This document shows positions 42,012 to 54,878 of a DNA stretch of 64,000 bases, in pieces. The translations under genes were made by a program, and so were the position numbers. The stretch is taken from positions 21,514,001 to 21,578,000 of the forward strand of contig OX597840.1 of NCBI GenBank assembly GCA_951406725.2. Reading direction: 5' to 3'. Under the pieces are notes generated by a model, which saw only the letters and a list, made by a program, of their open reading frames with translations, was not told the DNA's origin and did no database searches. Positions within the stretch are counted from its first letter, which is position 1. Each line of letters begins with the position of its first letter. This stretch comes from Octopus vulgaris. Its lineage: Eukaryota.

Positions 42012-43391
42012 TACAACATATGATGGGCTTCAACCATGTTCACCTGCCCAAGGTGCCACATGGTGGGACTGAACCCAGAACCACATGGTTGGGAAGCAAA
42101 CCTCTCTCTCATGCCTGCATCTGAGCCACACCTGTATCTGTCTTTACCATTTTGTCTACATTAACACCCACCTCATTTGCTGACACTAATTAATATTTTT
42201 TAATTGATAGCTTCCCCTCCCTGCTTATTCACAAAAATCCTTATCCTTTTCTGTAGTCGTTATTTCTAGGATCTGCTCCAACCATTAGACGAACCCTGTG
42301 CCGAGCTGGTCCCCAACACTAAACCAAAACCTGTTAACTGCCAATGTACTACTAAAAACCGGGCTCACTTCCCGCTACATTCCATAATTAATTTTCATTA
42401 ATTAAATCGTTGTAGATGTCATCTTCTTTTTCAGGGGTAAGGAAATAGAATTAGTCTTTCAGGAAATGAGTGCTCTCATCATTAAGGGTATAATTTTAAT
42501 TAAAATTCCAGGTGTGGCTGAGAAGCTTGCTTCCTAACTGTGTGTTCGTGGGTTTTAAGGGGTAACAAAAGTAGCCAGAAATGATAATTGACAACTTTAT
42601 AATATGAAGGGTTAGGGGTTAGTAGACCTGAGAAAGGGCTGACTTACAGCCACAGGACTGTACCCGTTAGCCTTAAGGTGCTAGAAATAATAGTCAGATC
42701 TCCCTCAAATAAAATTTTAGCATCTCAGAACGAAGAGGGGAAAAAGGACTACATTGAATAATATAGGTCTAAATGCTGAATGTCTGAAAGGAAATCTGGT
42801 GTGGGGGTCATTGCTGGAATGTCTTTGAATATGTTTCCTCCATAATCTAGTGGCTGACTAGTGATTCAACAAAAGTAACAATGACAATATTACGCACACA
42901 TTGTATACACGATGACTTTCTGAATACAATAACCATTTGCACAATACATTTGAGGGGAGGGGGAAACAAAACAAAATAACAATAGAAAGATCTCCATTAA
43001 TAACTGACAAAAATGTAAATGAAACTTAACAATATTTGAGGTGCAATAGGTGAATGGCAGACTTGGCAGGGCACTGGTTATAAATGCCATCTGTTGTTGG
43101 ATTATGTCCTCTTATATTCTGGGTTCAAATCTCATTGAAGTTGGTTTTGCCTTTTCCTGCATACAACCCTGTAGAAACTTTGCCAGATCGGATTGGAGCC
43201 TGGTGCAACCTTCTGGTTTGCCAGCCCTCAGTCAAACTGTCCAACCCATGCCAGCATGGAAAGCGGACATTAAACGACAATGATGATGATACGATGAACC
43301 CTGTGTGCCCATTTTTTTTCTTTCTTTTTTTGGGGAAGGCATGAATATCATGTGATTCCCTTATCCTGTTCTTGTGTCAGATAAAGGCACT

Positions 43392-43718
43392 ATGAGAGCT
43401 CAAAATCTCTCGTGGAGGCGTCATCCAACCAAAATGCAAATATATGGGAAACTACCACCTGTGTCATCTCTTGTGAAAGGTAGGAGAGTCCAGTTTGCTG
43501 GACATTGTTGTAGAGCTGAAGACGAGGCAATTTCTACTCTTCTCCTCTGGAAGCCATCTACTCACAATACCAGAGGGCGCACACTCTCCTACCCTGATGT
43601 AATCTCCAGGGATACAGGCATCCAGCAACAGGACCTCCGTAATGCTATGATGGACCGTGAAGTCTGGCATAGCATGGTGAATTCCATTGTCTCGACCACG
43701 GTCGGACAATGATGATGA
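43392..43718 (+). mobile_element. 5'-truncated RTE-like LINE 3' fragment (same family as 33815-34182)
   Basis: MRAQNLSWRRHPTKMQIYGKLPPVSSLVKGRRVQFAGHCCRAEDEAISTLLLWKPS...DREVWHSMV followed by a TGA-repeat tail. Confidence 0.8.
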
Positions 43719-46283
43719 ATGAAGGCGCTATCTTCTATCCCTACCCCAAGTACCACTGCTGCACTCCTTCCAACTTCCTGCTGGAGGGTCCAGTCAAAGT
43801 GTTTGGGATTTTGTGTGGGAGATGTGTTGGGTGAACGGAGACTGGTGGTCCTGGATGGAAAGGTGTGTGCAATTAGATAGTTCACAAGTGCTTTTATTTG
43901 TTTATCTTATTTTGTTTTTGTTTTCTGGTTTAGTTAGAAAAGGAAGAGCAGGGTCTTCCTCATCATTTAACTTCTGTTTCCCATGCTGTCATGGGTTGGA
44001 CAGTGTAACAAGGAACTGATAAGAAGCGCATCCTACCATAGAAACTGAGCCAAAACAGATTATGGAACCTGTTATCTTTTATTTGTTTCAGTCTTTGGAT
44101 TGCAGCCATGCTGGAGCACTGCCTTGCAGGTTTTTAGTCTAACAAATTAACCACAGGACTTATTTTCAAGTCTGGTACTTATTCTATCGGTCTCTTTTGC
44201 TGATCCACTAAATTACAAGGATGAAATCAAACCAACTCTGGTTGTCAAGCAGCGGTAGGGGACAAACACAAGTGGTTGTGTGGTTAGAAGTTTGTTTGCC
44301 AGCCACATGGTTCTGGTTCAGTCCTGTTGCATGGTACCTTGGCCAAGTGCCTTCTATTAAGGCCACCAGGCTGATCAAAGACTTGGAGTGGATTTGGCAG
44401 TTGGAAACGCCCACACGTGTGTGTGTGTGTGTTATTGTTATGCAAGCTGTGTCTGTTGTACAAGCTGTGTCCTTCATTCATAATCTTCTCTGAAAAAAAC
44501 CACACCCAGTTGTGAGTAAATATTACCTTATTTGGAAACAGGTGAGGGTTGGTGACGGGAAGAGCATTCAACTAAAGAAAATCTGCCTCAACAAAATTTT
44601 GTTGAACTCATGCAAGCGCATGGAAAAGCGGACATGAAAATAATCAAGATACATCCATGGCAGGCTTCCACACAGTTTCTGTCTGCTAAATCTAAATCCA
44701 CTCAAACAGCATTGGTTGGTGCTAGGCCGCAATAGAAAAAAAAACAAACTTGCCTTTAGTGTGCCATGCAGTGGGTTTGAACCCAGAACTATGTGGTTGT
44801 GAAGCAAGCTTTTTAACCACATAGCTATTCTGTGCTTGTGAAATTCCTTCATCTGTTAAAAAAAAAACTTTTTAATATATTTTTAATTTTTGTTATCAGC
44901 AACTTATTGCTGACATCTGTTATTAATGTGTTTTACCATGTGGTACCTGCTTGGCAGAGTGTGTGTGTGTGTGTGTGTGTGTATCCATGTATTTGTTATC
45001 AAAGAATATCTTACTTTTGGTGGGGTTTTTTTCCATGTGGAGATGATTAATGAAATTAAAAATTCCTTTGGCTCTGATATTTAGAAGTATGAATTTCTTA
45101 TGCCCAGGTATGGCTGTGTGGTCTTGGGTTCTGTCCCATTGTGCAGCATCTTGGACATGGGTCTTCTGCTATAGCCCCAGGTCGACCAAGGCCTTATGAG
45201 TGAACTTGGTCAATGGAAACTGAAAGAAGCCTATCGTGTGTATGAATGTATGTTGTGGAAAGGTGGCGAACTGGCAGAAACGTTAGCACACCGGACGAAA
45301 TGCTTAGCGGTATTTCGTCTGCCGTTACGTTCTGAGTTCAAATTCCACCGAGGTCGACTTTGCCTTTCATCCTTTTGGGGTTGATAAAGTACCAGTTTCG
45401 TACTGGGGTCGATGTAATCCCTTTGTCTGTCCTTGTTTGTCCCCCTCTGTTTTGCCCCTTGTGGGCAATAAGGAAACAGAATGTATGTTAGCGGGGAGAG
45501 GGAAGGTGCATGACTTAGTGGTTAGGGTATTCTGCTCACAACTGAAAGGTTGTGAGTTCAATTCCCAGCTATGCATTATGTCCTTGAGCAAGATCTTTTA
45601 TTTTCATGTTGCGCTCATCCACTCAGCTGGCAAAATTGAGTTGCACCTGTATTTCAGAAAGGTCGGCCTTGTCACATTCTGTGTCTCACTGAATTTCCCT
45701 GAGAACTATATTAAGGGTACATGTGTCTGTGAGGTGCTCAGCCACCTATACGTCAATTTCACCAGTAGGCTGTTCCATTGATTGGATCAACCGGAACCTT
45801 CACTGTCATCATCATCATCACCATTTAATGTCCACCTTCCCTGCTGGCTTGAGTTAAAGGGTTTGACAGGAGCCAGCACCAGACTTCTGTGTTGGTTTTG
45901 GCAGAGTTTTTACAGCTGGATGCACCTCCTAACACCAACCACCCCACAGCATGGACTGAGTGCTTTTTATATGGCACCAGCACAGGTGAGGTCAATTTTG
46001 GCCTGATTTTTACACAGCACTGGCACAGGTACTTTTTATGTGGTCCCAGCACTTAAGAGCCTGGAGAGGTTTGAAAGGGACGAGCCTGTATGCAATGACA
46101 ACCACTCGATTTCTGGGGTGCTGGCATCGTATGCACTTCCCCTCTGATCTGTCATCGCGACCCGTTCCCGTCGGGCCAGTAGGAACGCAGCATCCGCAGG
46201 TCACAGATAAGCATCCTGCTGCCATCGCTCCACGAAAGCACAGGCATTGCTAACTGACAGAGACAGGCTAATGCACCTCGCTC

Positions 46284-46500
46284 TAAGGTGGCAAGCTGGC
46301 AGAAACGTTAGCATGCCGGGCACAGTGTTTTGCAGTATTTCATCTGTCTTAAGTTCTGAGTTCAAATTCCGACGAGGTCGACTTTGCCTTTCATCCTTTC
46401 GAGGTCAATAAATTAAGTACCAGTTGCGTACCGGGGTCGATCTAATCGACTAGCCCCCTTCCCCAAAATTTCAGGCCTTGTGCCTAAAGTAGAAAAGAAT
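46284..46500 (+). mobile_element. SINE family B (Meta/MESC-domain-like)
   Basis: AAGGTGGCAAGCTGGCAGAAACGTTAG...GAGTTCAAATTCC...GACTTTGCCTTTCATCCTTTCG.GGTC.ATAAATTAAGTACCAG. Other copies at about 12794-12996 (-), 21528-21750 (-), 23074-23270 (+), 31455-31690 (-), 32216-32450 (-), 35217-35430 (-), 45259-45478 (+) and 48299-48521 (-). The domain name is from memory. Confidence 0.8.
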
Positions 46501-46503
46501 AAA

Positions 46504-46546
<43 letters not shown>

Positions 46547-47190
46547 CACACATATGTGACAAGCTTCATATACATATATTGACTCCTAAGGCTTTTGATG
46601 GCCCAGGGCTATAATAGGAAACACTTTCCTAAGGATCCTAAAAATGAGACTAAGCACTAAGACCCCGTGGTTGTGGAGCCACGCCCGTAGACTTTGGTAC
46701 TGTCAAGTGTCTTTGAGCTCCAGATCTGGCTGATGACTATCAAGTCACACTTTGTAATCACAAGGATCACTTATGAAACACCCCCTTCATAGCTTACGGT
46801 GTTTGTTTGTTTGTTGTTGTTGCTTACTAGTCTCCCAGTATTTCGCCATGCATTTCGACGTATCACGAATATATGTAGAGCATGAAGAGATAGTCGAAAG
46901 GATAATTGTAACAACCATGTAAGGAATTTCTTGTTGCTATCTTGTAACTGCGTCTGAGTAGTTTTAGATTAGTCTGTATATATTTTTTTATTTTTACTCC
47001 CCCACCATCACCGTACAAAAAAAAAATTGGGGCAAATACTTTTTAAGCAATCAGAAATGAATCCACTTTTACGATGAGTAATTTAGTCCTTTGTAATTAA
47101 TTACCACACCAACATTATTTTCATTTCAACTTTTTTTTTTTTGTCATTAGACTTTATCCATGTCGGGGCACCATCTTCAGTGACTTTCGA

Positions 47191-47248
47191 TTAGGATTCC
47201 TGGCCTTCACCCAGGCGACGGCCCCTGGTTTGATTCTCAGGATGGGGA
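47191..47248 (+). pseudogene. Decayed tRNA-Glu(TTC) fragment
   Basis: TTAGGATTCCTGGCCTTCACCCAGGC...GGCCC..GGTTTGATTCTCAGG.TGGGGA resembles the 3' two-thirds of metazoan tRNA-Glu-TTC (TTAGGATTCCTGGTTTTCACCCAGGCGGCCCGGGTTCGACTCCCGGTGTGGGA). The 5' acceptor/D arm is lost and there are small insertions. Confidence 0.65.
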
Positions 47249-47422
47249 TGTTTATAGTTTGGGCACGGGCGTGGCCTTGTGGTTAAGAAACTTGACTCTC
47301 TACCATGTGGTCTTGAGTTCAGTCACACTGAGAGGCAGCTTGACCGAGTGTCTTCCACTATAAATCTTGGGCTGACCGGAGCCCTGTGAGTAGATTTAAT
47401 AGATGGAATCGTGTGTGTGTGT

Positions 47423-47506
47423 GTCAGGATGGCCGAGCGGTCTAAGGCGCCAGACTCAAGTTCTGGTCCACGAATGTGGGCGTGGGTTCGTATCCCACTT
47501 CTGACA
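47423..47506 (+). tRNA. tRNA-Leu(CAA), intronless, with variant T-loop (A58>T)
   Basis: GTCAGGA-TGGCCGAGCGGTCTAAGGC-G-CCAGA-CTCAAGT-TCTGG-long variable arm-GTGGG-TTCGTAT-CCCAC-TTCTGAC-A. The cloverleaf stems pair, anticodon CAA is at 47457-47459, and a TTTT run (possible Pol III terminator) lies at 47514-47517. Confidence 0.88.
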
Positions 47507-48744
47507 GATGGTCTTTTACCAGCGGTGGTGCCCCAGCATAGCCGCGGCCTTCGGGCTAAAACATTTTTAAGGATATATATATATATATATACGTATAGTG
47601 TGTGTCTGATCATAGGTAAAGTGGTTCTGTTCAATGAAGCCTGACCCGGGGAGTTCAACTGTAAGCACCAACAACCATCGTTACAAAGCAATCCAATTGT
47701 TCTAATGTTTATAATTAGAAGTTTTTTTCGCTGCTGGTTACTGCTAAATGAATGTTGATAGGAAATCTCGCTCCTGTAACCATTGCTGTAACTATTGTTG
47801 TTGTTGTCACCATGTGACAGACGTTGCTACAAGGCCATTACACACCGCCAACACCATCATCATCATCACTCCACCACCACCGCCGCCGCCTCCACCGTCG
47901 ACGACACGAAATATTCCAAAAATTGCCATCAGATCCAACTGCCATTCACCCTCCCTCTCCTACTCCTCTCTCTCTCTTCCTCTCTTCTCTCTCTTCCTTT
48001 TCCCCTTTCGGATCTCTCTGTCTCTCTTTCGCTCTCTCCCTCCCCTTCCGACCTCCCTCTCTCTCTGTTTCTTTAACATCCCCCTTCCGCTTTAAATTTG
48101 ATGACTAATTGTCAAATTATCCTCTTTTCTATATTCAGAATATTTTAATGCGAGACACGCACTGTATTATTTGCCTTATATATATATATATATACATATA
48201 TATGTGTGTGTGTGTGTGTATAGAACATATATAGAATATATATATATATTCTATATATGTTTTATACACACACACACACATATATATATGTATAGATATA
48301 TTTCTTTATTGTCCTCAGGGGGCTAAACATAGAGGGGACAAACAAGGACAGACAAAGGGATTAAGACAATTATACATCGACTGGTACTTTATTTACCGAC
48401 CCCGAAAGGATGAAAGCCAAAGTTGACCTCGGCGGAATTTGAACTCAGAACGTAACGGCAGACGAAATACTGCTAAGCATTTCGCCCGGCGCGCTAACGT
48501 TTCTGCCAGTTCCCCCGCCTTATCACATATATACATACATATGTATATATATATATGTGTGTGTGTATGTATATATATATGTGTGTATGTATATATATGT
48601 GTGTGTGTGTATATATATATGTGTGTATGTATATATATGTGTGTGTGTGTATGTATATATATATGTGTGTATGTATATATATATGTGTGTATGTATATAT
48701 ATGTGTGTGTGTGTATGTATATATATATATGTGTGTGTGTATAT

Positions 48745-48778
<34 letters not shown>

Positions 48779-49169
48779 GTGTGTGTATGTGTGTATATAT
48801 ATATGTAGGTAGGTAGGTAGAATAATATATAGATAGATTGATAGATATGTGTGTGTATATTATATATGTATGTGTGTACAAATATATGCATTGGGGGGGG
48901 GTTACATACGTTTGTCAAATAAATTCGTTTGTTTTTTTTTTTGTTTCTTTTCGCTCTTGGCAATCCATCGTCATTTGTTTGGAAATGAGGAAAATAAATT
49001 TATTCAAATTTCAAAAAGGGGGAAAAAAAAAAAACGATACACAAAAAGTTGCCAAAGAATTGAAGATACTAAAAAAAAATGTCATCATACAGATAAAAAA
49101 ACCATCTCTCTTGGTGTGTTGAGTATTTTCTCACGTGTGTGTGTGTGTGTGTGTGTTTGCAGTTATTTT

Positions 49170-49310
49170 CAAATTAGGCGGAGGAGGGAATGCGGTGACC
49201 GCCCGCCCTACTCGAGCAGTTTTTTGGCGCCAATTTCGTAGTAAAGAGGGGCTAGGGGGGAAAACGATGTTTTAGTTATAAGCCCCAATCCCGCCTTCAT
49301 AGAGCAACCT
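49170..49310. promoter_or_regulatory. Candidate CpG-rich promoter or enhancer (GC boxes, palindromic E2F-like site, CCAAT)
   Basis: CCGCCCGCCC at 49199-49208, TTTGGCGCCAAT at 49223-49234 and CCAATCCCGCC at 49285-49295, in unique CpG-retaining sequence. Confidence 0.4.
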
Positions 49311-49810
49311 TAAGATCAAAGGCGTAAAAAAGCTATCACCGTTCCATTTTCATGTGTTTTAGGAACAGTTCACCCATGGACGACATAATCCAGTGTATCT
49401 TTCTAAAAGTACTTAAAGGGGCAGAGTTGGCTGTCGTATTTGAAAGTGATGGAGCGACTGTGTCGAAGGAGTCAGCCGTTTGTTGGTGGCTGGCGGATGT
49501 AGAGCGCTTGTTCCGAGTGTTGATCGTACGATTAGGATGTTTGTGGGTGACGGGTGTGGCGGAGTAGGACAACATTCAGTTGTAAAACTATCGTCCCTTC
49601 TCTCTCTCTGGGAATGTTAAATAATTTGTGAAAGTGAATTCTCTTCCTTCATCTCAGATTAAAGTCGGGGACAGCTGCACTGCCTCAACATATCGAAGGA
49701 AATTCCAGTAATATTTCATGTTATATAAATTATATTATATTCAATTGTTATATTACATGTATATTACATTGTTATATATATTCTACACACACACACACAC
49801 ATATATATAT

Positions 49811-50211
49811 ATTCTTTTACTTGTTTCAGTCATTTGACTGCGGCCATGCTGGAGCATCGCCTTTAGTCGAGCAAATCGACCCCGGGACTTATTCTTTGTA
49901 AGCCCAGTACTTATTCTATCGGTCTCTTTTTGCCGAACCGCTAAGTGACGGGGACGTAAACACTAGCATCGGTTGTCAAGCAATGCTAGAGGGACAAACA
50001 CAGACACACAAACACATACATACATATATATATATATATATACATATATACGACGGGCTTCTTTCAGTTTCCCTCTACCAAATCCACTCACAAGGCTTTG
50101 ATTGGCCCAAGGTTATAGTAGAAGACATTTGCCCAACATGCCACCCAGTGGGACTGAACCCGGAACCATGTGGTTGGTTAGAAAGCTACTTAACACACAG
50201 CCACTCCTGCG

Positions 50212-50213
<2 letters not shown>
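49811..50213 (-). mobile_element. SINE family A copy
   Basis: Full-length reverse complement flanked by TA repeats. Confidence 0.87.
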
Positions 50214-50260
<47 letters not shown>

Positions 50261-50669
50261 GAGATAGGGGTTGAAAATTCAACCCACCATGGGATAATAT
50301 ATATCCAATATACTGCCAGATAGGTACCCAACAAGATTAATACATAGATGTTAAAAATTGTCAAACAATCAGTTCATCTATTGTATTATATGGGTAAAAT
50401 ATATATAAAATATATATATATATAAATATATATATAGAGACAAAACCACTATTTTGTAAAACAAACAAGGAAAGACTTAATCAATACATAAAATTTTAAA
50501 TATATATATATATATTATTTATTTTATAGAAGGAGTTCTACAGGACTAGAACTGTTTCATTCAAAACAGTTCTAGTCCTGTAGAAGCTCCTTCTATAAAA
50601 TAAATTAATTTACTCTGCTATGTATTGAGTACCTTATTTACTGTGGTTAACCCCGAATCAACCCGGGAC

Positions 50670-50700
<31 letters not shown>

Positions 50701-51289
50701 CTTTTACTTGTTTCAGTTATTTGACTGCGGCCTTGCTGGTGCATCGCATTTAATCGAGCAAATCGACCCCAGGACTTATTCTTTGTAATCTTAGTACTTA
50801 TTCCATCGGTCTCTTTTGCTGAACCGCTAAGTTCGGGGACGTAAACACCAACATCCGTTGACAAGTCCAGTGTACCCATCATGTGATAGAAGTATATCGG
50901 GCACATGCATCACAACTATATGATGTGCAACATGGTGACCTCATATCAAGATAACCAGCTCATGAACTTGTAGGTGGGGCCCAATTAGGATATTCTTCAG
51001 CTTGAGTAGCCCACCCCACTCAAAATGTACCTGAATAAGATTTGTTTTAAGGATGAGGAACAAAAGACCTGTTTTCAGAGGTGAATTATTTAGACCCCAA
51101 AGAATTCCTCCCAACACATGGCTATGATACTCCCCCAATACTCCTGATCGTGATCAAAGATGCACATATCGTCAGCCACTAAGGGACATGCTCAACTGGT
51201 TAAGGTCAAACAACTGACAAGCAAATCTGTGGTATTGTAACCCATCTTTTACAGCAAGACAAGACAGTGTACTTATTATTATTATTATT

Positions 51290-51848
51290 GAGTGAGAGAG
51301 CAGTTCATGCCATCAAAGTGACACTGGGGTAAAATATACGAAGCCCAATATACCCATCATGACTACCCGTCTGATAAGGGTACACCAGGCACATGCATCA
51401 CAACCATATTTGCGCAACATGGTGATCTCATATCAAGATAAACAGCACATGACCTTGCAGGTGGGGGCCCAGTTAGAATTTTCTACAGGTTGAGTAGCCC
51501 ATCCTACTCAAAAGGTCCCTGAATAAGGGTTGTTTAAGGATGTTGAAAGAACCACTCATGTTTCTAGAGGTGAATTATTCAAACCCCAAAGAATCCCTCT
51601 CAACACATGGCTATGATGCTCCCCCACTACTTCTGCTCGTGATCAGAGATGCACATATCATCAGCCACTAAGGGACATGCTCAACTGGTTAAGGTCAAAC
51701 AACTGACAAGCAAATCTGTGGTATTGAGCAGAATATTTGCTGTAGCCCATCTTTTATACCAAGACAAAACAATGTACATGATAACACTTCCGATTAGTTG
51801 AGATCAAAAGCCATGAGAGCCACTGCCTGGAACTGCATCAGGGCATTT
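51290..51848. repeat. About 560-bp unclassified repeat flanked by (TAT)n, with an adjacent partial copy (about 50870-51270) and a fragment at about 38990-39150
   Basis: Direct identity between copies, e.g. CAAAGAATCCCTCTCAACACATGGCTATGATGCTCCCCC...CAGCCACTAAGGGACATGCTCAACTGGTTAAGGTCAA. Confidence 0.75.
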
Positions 51849-53376
51849 ATTATTATTATTTATTATGTGATAGTGAATGAATAAATAGACCCATGGTAAT
51901 CTGTTAGGAGGAAAGGAAAACAAGGAGGAATTCAGTCTGATTCCAAAGAAAAAGGATAGTCAATCACATAAGATAACCGGCTGAAGAATAAGATAATTAC
52001 TTTTATTTATCAAACTGATATGAAAGGACATTAACCAAGATAAAAAAAAAGGAAATAAAATAATTTTAAAAAAAACTTAAATATACAATTTCCCAGAGAA
52101 TAACAAAAGCAGGACAGGATCTGCTTTCTTTCAACAGTATCCATGACCAGATCCTAAAAGTACTTGTTTTTGTATGATTACTGTTAGGGTCCAATTCAGG
52201 GTCTCACAACTGTGACCCTTATCAGATTCTGTTGTTAAAGTTTATGGACAATGGAATCGGTTATGTTTCTCCAATACACAAAATATTTTAACAATTTTTT
52301 TTATACAATTCCGGGTTCAGTCCCACTGTGTGGCACCTTGGTCAAGTGTCTTCCACTGTAGCCTCAGGCTGACCAAAGCCTTGTGAGTGGATTTGGTAAG
52401 CGGAAACTGAAAGAAGCTTGTCATAAAAATATAAATATATATGTGTGTGTGTAGGTATAGACACAGGTGTGGTTGTGTGGTAAGAAGCTTGCTTCCCAAG
52501 CACATGGTTCTGGGTTCAGTCCCACTGCATGGCACCTTAGTCAAGTGTCTTCTACTCAAGCCTCAGGCCAATAAAAGCTTTGTGAGTGGATTTGGTAAGC
52601 GGAAACTGAAAGAAGCCTGTGTTTGTCTTCCTACCATTGCTTGACAACTGATGGTGGTGTGTTTATGTCCCTGTAACTTAGCAGTTCGGCAGAAGAGACC
52701 ATTAGAATAAGTACCAGGCTTACAAACAATAAGTCCTGGGGTCGATTTCTTTGCTTAAAAAAAAGCCTTTAAGGTGGTGCTCCAGCATGGCTGCAGTCAA
52801 ATGACTGAAATGAGTAAAAGAATAAAAGAATTCTTAATAATACTTGTGAAGATCTAATAGAATTTTTTAAGCATCAAGTATTTATTAGGGTCCAGTTGAG
52901 TAAAATAGGAACCAGAGGGGTCCGCAGATTAAAAAATGGTTGAAAAAAATGGGTCTCACTGAGAGTGAATGTAACAGTTTTTCAGGTTTTTAAATGAATA
53001 GCTTGACTTGACGACATTGTTGCTGTATAACAATTGTAGGTGTAGGTGTGGCTGTGTGGTAAGAAGTTTGCTTTTCAATCGAAATGATTACAGGTTCAAT
53101 CCCATTATGTGGCACCTTGTACAGGTGTGAACCTGGAAACTGTGTGGTTGGGAAGCAAACTCTTTGCTCAGCCACACCCGTGTCTTGATGGTTATTTTAA
53201 TTAGGATAAATACTGCCTCAATTGCATATACCAGAATTTTATTCAATTGGGCAGCTGTTTTGCAACATCAGGGAATATTTTATTCACTGTTGCCTGTATT
53301 AGAGGCAACAAATTTCATTTAAGCATCTGGCATTCATACTGGCCCTTAGTGAGGTGAATTTTTTATTTCTCTATAT

Positions 53377-53575
53377 CAGTGCTTTTCGACCTTTTTGCTG
53401 GAGCGGAACCCCAGGAAACATTCCACTGGCTCGAGGAACCCCTGTGCAATAATTTAATAGTCTTATGCACACATATCTGCACAGGAGACTTAAAAATACT
53501 GCCGAATTTAGCAGTTTTGTAACTTCTTGCGGAACCCCTGCACTGTACTGGTGGAACCCTGGTTGAAAACCACTG
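53377..53575. mobile_element. hAT MITE with 8-bp TSD
   Basis: Termini CAGTGCTTTTCGACC / GGTTGAAAACCACTG; TSD CTCTATAT at 53369-53376 and 53576-53583. A second copy lies at about 24673-24893. Confidence 0.88.
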
Positions 53576-54461
53576 CTCTATATTGTGTTTTTAGTACAGG
53601 ACAGCCAACGGAGATGTTATATCAGGACAAATACTACAGCAACTGGCCTCTCAACTGTGTCTCTATACATCATGTATGAGACAAAGATGGCTGTTTTAAT
53701 TTAATACTCTCTCGGCTGTGTATGTCAGATTAGTAGAGCATTTGGTTTGAAGTCATGACAAATAGCCTGGAATAGTGTTGCCTTTTTCAGCCAAGTTCCA
53801 TGTTGTCCATTTAGATGATTGGGTTGTTTTGATGCAGGATGATGTAGGTTGGTTGTTTTAGCATAACGTGTGTGTGTGTGTGAGTGAGTATGACATTCTG
53901 TTAATGTGGCAGTGTGTTATGTGCAAATCACTGAACTTTGAATGTGGGAGTTAAATATCTGGCTTTATTTTGAAACAACAGTACACTTTCTGACTTTGTC
54001 CTTTTCTTTTGAAATTCTAAACACTGCATGGGTGGGTAGGGGTGGAGAGAAAGAGAGAGAGAGAGAGAGATAATATGATACAAATTCTGATCTTTATTTT
54101 TTTTTACTATCACATTTACATATTCCCCCCCCACACACACACACACTCGTCTCTCACACTTTGACATTTCTATATGATGTCTCTTTAATTATTTATTTGT
54201 TGTGTGTATATATATACACACACACAAACACATTCCTCTCTTTCTCTCACTCTCTCGCATGTGCATACGTGTATGTAATTGGTTTTCCCCTTTCACTCTC
54301 CTCTAAACTTCATCACAGTTGCCACCATTATCATTTTAAAAAATCTTTTTCTCTCTCTTCTCTTTTATCTCCATTCCGTATCAGATGTAATCTAACTTGA
54401 AGAATCTCCTTTCCCGGCTTGTTTTCGTTCCTTTTTTTGTTTCTTTCTCCTCGTGTGGAGA

Positions 54462-54878
54462 AAGGAGTGGCTGTGTGGTAAGTAGCTTGCCAACCAACCA
54501 CATGGTTCCGGGTTCAGTCCCTCTGCGTGGCATCTTGGGCAAGTGTCTTCTGCTATAGCCTCGGGCCGACCAAAGCCTTGTGTGTGGATTTGGTAGACGG
54601 AAACTGAAAGAAGCCTGTCGTATATATGTATATATATATATATGTATGTGTGTGTGTTTGTGTGTCTGTGTTTGTCCCCTTAGCATTGCCTGACAACTGA
54701 TGCTGGTGTGATTACGTCCCCGTCACTTAGCGGTTCGGCAAAAGAGACCGATAGAATAAGTACTGGGCTTACAAAAGAATAAGCTCCGGGGTCGATTTGC
54801 TCGACTAAAGGCGGTGCTCCAGCATGGCCTCAGTCAAATGACAGAAACAAGTAAAAGAGTTAGAAAAGAGTAAAGAGT
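54462..54878 (+). mobile_element. SINE family A copy
   Basis: Full-length forward copy. Confidence 0.87.

Noticed and set aside
42609-42622. GGGTTAGGGGTTAG telomere-like sequence
   Set aside because: Only two imperfect units; expected by chance.
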